From Parvularia atlantis (taxonomy: Eukaryota): a stretch of DNA of 64,000 nt. The position numbers and the translations under genes were made by a program. Positions 59,631-64,000 of the stretch are shown here, piece after piece. The notes under the pieces were generated by a model that made no database searches, was not told the origin of the DNA, and worked only from the letters and a program-made list of their open reading frames with translations. How positions within the stretch are numbered: the first letter of the stretch is position 1; the number at the start of each line of letters is the position of its first letter. The DNA is taken from the NCBI GenBank assembly GCA_943704415.1, contig CALSCO010000901.1, forward strand, positions 1 to 64,000, read 5' to 3'.

Positions 59631-62217
59631 ATGGCCGCGGAGGTGCGGCAAAGCACCCGGCGCATGTCCTGGCCCCCTGCCTCACGCGCCGCATGCACCG
59701 CACGCAGACGGCCGTGGCCGCGGCCGTGCCCGACGGCACGCCCGGCACCAACGGCAGCGGCAGCGGCGCGCCCAGCTACGCGACGAAGCGCAACCACACC
59801 AAGAAGCTCAAGAAGAAGCTCAAGAAGCAGCAGCGCAGCGCCGGCGAGTCGGCCGAGGATGACGCCGAGCCGCCGACGCCGACGCCGCCCGCGCGCGCCA
59901 CGTCGTCCGTTCCGGCCGGGTGCGTGCGCACGCCTGCACGCGCGGGGGCTCGCGCGCTCACGCTCACGTCCGCGCAGCGTCGAGGTCGAGTATGTGCCGT
60001 CGATCGACTTTGACCTGAACGACCCGAGCAACGCCGAGCTGGCGCGTGTCTACCAGCGCTTCCAGGAGTACGCGACGGCGGCCAACCAGGTGCGTGGGCA
60101 GCGGGGTGCGGGCGCGGTGTGCGCGGCTGACGTGGGCGCACAGGCACCGCTCGACGAGGAGGAGGCCGCAGCGCAGCAGCTGCAGCAGCAGGCCAACGGC
60201 GAGAGGAAGGGGCGCACGGGCGGCGAGGACGACGACGAGGAGGATGACGAGGACGAGAACGACGGCGAGGGTGCGTGCCTCTCGCACACGGAGGCGGCAC
60301 TGAGCACGCAGCGCCAGACGGGTACGTGATCGGCGCCGACGGGCAACGCGTGTCCAAGAAGAAGTTGCGCAAGCTCCAGCGCATGAGCGTGGCCGATCTC
60401 AAGCGGCTCGCGAGCAAGCCCGAGGTGGTCGAGGTGGGTGTGCACCGGGAGGTGGCCCGTCGCAGCAGCTCACGCATCGCACGCAGTGGGTCGACGTGAC
60501 CGCGGCCGACCCGAAGCTGCTCATCCACCTCAAGTCGTACCGCAACACCGTGCCCGTGCCGCGCCACTGGAGCATCAAGCGCAAGTACCTGCAGAACAAG
60601 CGCGGCATGGAAAAGTCGGCGTTCGAGCTGCCCGGTGCGTCGCCTGCGAGCGTGTTTTGGGCTCGCGCTGACTGCGGACGCGGGTGCAGAGTTCATCAAG
60701 CAGACGGGCATCACGGAGATGCGCGACGCCCTGCGCGAGAAGGAGGAGACGATGAAGGCCAGCCAGAAGGCGCGCGAGAGAATACAGCCCAAGATGGGCA
60801 AGCTCGAGATCGACTACCAGAAGCTGCACGACGCTTTCTTCCGCTTCCAGACGAAGCCAGTGCTGAGCAACCACGGCGAGATGTGCGTGCGGCGGTGGGT
60901 GTGCGCCGTGCGGCTGAGAACCGCCGCCCCTCGGCCACAGGTACTACGAGGGCAAGGAGTTTGAGGTGCACATGAAGGAGCGCAAGCCGGGCCAGTTGTC
61001 GGAGGAGCTCAAGGTGCGCGTCGTGGCCGGTGTGCGGGCGCCTGGCTGATCATCGATCGCGTGACACAGGTCGCCCTCGGCATGCCCGAGAACGCGCCGC
61101 CGCCGTGGCTGATCAACATGCAGCGGTACGGCCCGCCGCCGTCGTACCCGGGCCTGCGCATTCCCGGCCTCAACGCGCCGATCCCGCCGGGCGCCGACTG
61201 GGGCTTCCACCCGGGCGGGTGGGGTCGGCCGCCTCTGGATGAGGTGAGCGCGCTATTGTGCGCTTTGCTGTGCAGGCGACTCATTGACCCGTGTGTGCGC
61301 GCCAGTTTGGGAACCCGCTCTACGGCGACGTCTACAGCGTGACGGCGCCGCCGCCGCCGTCGGAGCTGACGGTGCCGGTCGAGACGAGGCCGTGGGGCGA
61401 GTTTGAGGAGGATGAGGCGCTGAGTGACCGCGAGGAGGAGGAGGCGGCGCCGGCCGCGGAGGACGCGGACAAGGGCGAGGCTGCGCCCAAGGCCGACATC
61501 GAGGACGACCGGAGCTCGGTGCGCGCCGACACGGACGGCCTGGCGACGCCGTCGGGCTACCGGTGCGCACGGGCGACGCGCACGGCGGCGACGGCGTGAC
61601 CCGCGCGGGCGCGCACAGATCCACCACGACGTCCGGCCTCGAGACGCCCGACCAGATCGAGCTGCGCAAGGAGCGGCGCGGCGAGGACACGCCGAGCACG
61701 GTCGACGAGCGGCCGCTGTACACGGTGCTGCAGCCGAAGGAGGTGCGCGCTTGTGCCCCTGCGTTGCGTCGTCGGGGCCGACACCGCCGCGCCCAGACCA
61801 AGGTCAGCGGCTTCATGGGCTCGTCGTACGTGTACGACTTTTCGAGCGCCAAGGCCGGGGTGCGTGCTGCCCCATCGCGTGCGCGCATGACTGACAACGA
61901 CGGCGCAGAAACCGGCCGGCGACAACGTGCAGGTCGCGCTCGACCCGGCCGAGATGGAGACGCTCGACGAGGCGACGCTGCGGGCCAAGTACGAGCAGAC
62001 GGTCAACGTGCGTCTGCCGCTCTTGTGCTCGCGCGCGCCGTCTTGACATGCGCGCGCACAGGTGGCCAAGAGCGGCGGCGAGGCCAGCTCGGACCTGAGC
62101 GACATGGTGGCCGAGCACGCGGCCAAGGCCGACAAGAAGCGCAAGGCGGCCGCGTCCAAGTCGTCGGGTGCGGTGGCCGACCCGAAGGCGAAGAAGCAAA
62201 AGGAGTTCAAGTTCTGA
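59631..62217 (+). CDS. SF3B2: U2 snRNP splicing factor SF3B2 (Cus1/SAP145)
   Basis: SKKKLRKLQRMSVADLK, DVTAADPKLL, RNTVPVPRHW..KRKYLQ.KRG, DYQKLHDAFF, PPPWLINMQRYGPPPSYP, C-terminal KEFKF. Confidence 0.96.
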
Positions 62218-62293
62218 GTGGCGCGTGTGTGTGCCTCAGGAACAGGGACTCGAGGTTGCGCAGAGCACTTTCGAACGTGACAGCTCGAACGTG

Positions 62294-64000
62294 ATGAGCT
62301 CTCAACCGTACCACTTGGCGGCCGTGCTCGTGGGCCACAGCGGCGACGTGCGTATGGCCGCTCCTCACGGCCTCCCCCTCCACAGCCCCCCAGTGCGCAT
62401 GCCACACGCGCGCGCGCGCACAGCAGACGCATGCACACACCCCTCGCCCTTTCCCCGCCCGTGTCAGCGCGTGGCTGACGTGTGCCGCGCGCCCAGGTCA
62501 AGAGCGTCGCGGCCGCGCCCAACAACGCCCTCGCGAGCGCGTCGCGCGACCGCACGGTGCGGCTGTGGCAGCGCGGTGCCGACGGCCACGGCGCGTACGC
62601 CTGCACGGGCACGGTCGAGGCGCACCAGCAGTACGTCAACGCAGTCGCCTACGCCGCCGCCACGCCGCAGTTCCCGCAGGGTGCGGCCGGCCGGCCGTGC
62701 TGCTGCCGCCGCTCTGTGTCGCTGACGTGCTCGTGCGTACGCCCCCAGGCCTTGTGCTCAGCGGCGGGCAGGACAGCGTCGTGTACGCGCACGCGCCCGG
62801 CGACCTCCAGCGCCCCGTCTGGACGCTGCTCGGCCACGGCGGCAACGTGTGCGCGCTCGCCGTGCACGGCACCGTCCTGCTCTCGGGCTCGTGGGACCAC
62901 ACTGCGCGCGTCTGGGATCTCGCCACCGGCGCGTGCCTGCTGACGCTCCAGGGCCACGAGCAGGCCGTCTGGGCCGTCGCGGCGCTCGACGACGGCACAT
63001 ATCTCACCGGTGCGTTGGCGCCTGCCGGCTCGCGCGTTGTGCCTGACGCCGCACCGCGTGACAGCCTCGGGCGACAAGACGATCAAGCTCTGGAGCCACG
63101 CCGGCGCGTGCCTGCGCACGTTCACGGGCCACACGGACGCCGTGCGCGGCGTCTCCGTCATCCCCGGGATCGGCTTTGCCAGCTGCGCCAACGACTGGTG
63201 CGCGCGGGCGTCAGGGTTGCTGGGTGAGGGGCGTGACGGGTGGTGCGGCGCGTGTGCAGCACCGTGCGCGTCTGGGCGCTCGACGGCACGCTGCTGCAGG
63301 AGCTCGTGGGGCACACAGCGTTCGTGTACTCGATCGCCTACTCGCCGGCGACGGGTGAGCTCGTGACGGGCGGCGAGGACCGCTCGCTGCGCGTGTGGAG
63401 CGGTGCGTCGCAGCAGCCACGCGGGTGTTTGCGCTGAGCAGCGTGGCGCAGACGGCCAGTGCGTCCAGACGATCCTGCACCCGGCCGACTCGGTCTGGTC
63501 GGTCGCGGTGCTCTCATGCGGCGACATTGCCACGGGCGCGAACGACGGCATCGTACGCGTCTTCTCGCGCAGCCCCGAGCGCGCAGCCGACCCGGACACC
63601 GTCGCGGCCTTTGACGACGCGGTCAAGTCGCACTCGATCGCCGCGTACGTCATGCGCTGCGCTTGGCGTGCACCGAGCCAACACGCACGCGCGCACGCAC
63701 AGCGAGAGCATTGACCCAAAGCTCATCAACCCGCCCGAGGCGCTGGCGCAGCCCGGGCGCAAGGACGGCGAGACCAAGCTCGTGCGCAACGCGAGCAACG
63801 TCGTCGAGGCGTTCCAGGTGCGTGCTCGCACTCGCACTCGGGCGTGCTGCTGACGGGCCGACCGGCCGCGGGCAGTGGAGTGCCGCCCAGGCGACATGGG
63901 TCAAGGTGGGCGAGGTGACCAACGTGCGCAAGGATGCGAAGGTGTTTGACGGCGTCGAGTACGACTACGTCTTCGACGTCGACGTTGGCGAGGGCCAACC
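62294..64000 (+). CDS. PLAA: Doa1/Ufd3/PLAA WD40-PFU protein (partial, runs off right edge)
   Basis: LVGHSGDV|KSV...SASRDRTVRLW, SGSWDHTARVW, GHEQAVWAV, GHTDAVRG, GHTAFVYS, PGRKDGETKLVR, WVKVGEV, FDGVEYDYVFDVDV. Confidence 0.93.

Overview
GC-rich, extremely gene-dense eukaryotic nuclear DNA from a unicellular protist. The gene set is opisthokont-like and mixes fungal-type and animal-type families. About 35 protein genes are broken by many short (mostly ~50-80 nt) spliceosomal introns with GTGCGY or GCACGY donors, GCTGAC/GCTCAC branch points and YGCAG acceptors, so the six-frame ORF track is largely misleading. Gene models were spliced by eye and family calls rest on recalled motifs, not database searches. 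Main finding: a peroxiredoxin-like (AhpC/TSA, PRXL2/SelL-like) gene whose redox motif reads RHFG-U-LT-C. Its UGA codon only forms after splicing (TG|intron|A), and a canonical type II SECIS lies in its 3' UTR. Other highlights: two intronic box C/D snoRNAs in eIF3A (one SNORD37-like); short FANCA-like, MBIP, XLF, meiotic REC8, Mim1-like, Cue1-like and Cup1-like genes; a stand-alone bacterial-type MoaB with introns; a frameshifted beta-lactamase-family remnant; at least 15 GC-AG introns; and start-to-start or stop-to-start gaps as short as 16-36 bp. No rRNA, tRNA, CRISPR array or transposon was recognised.
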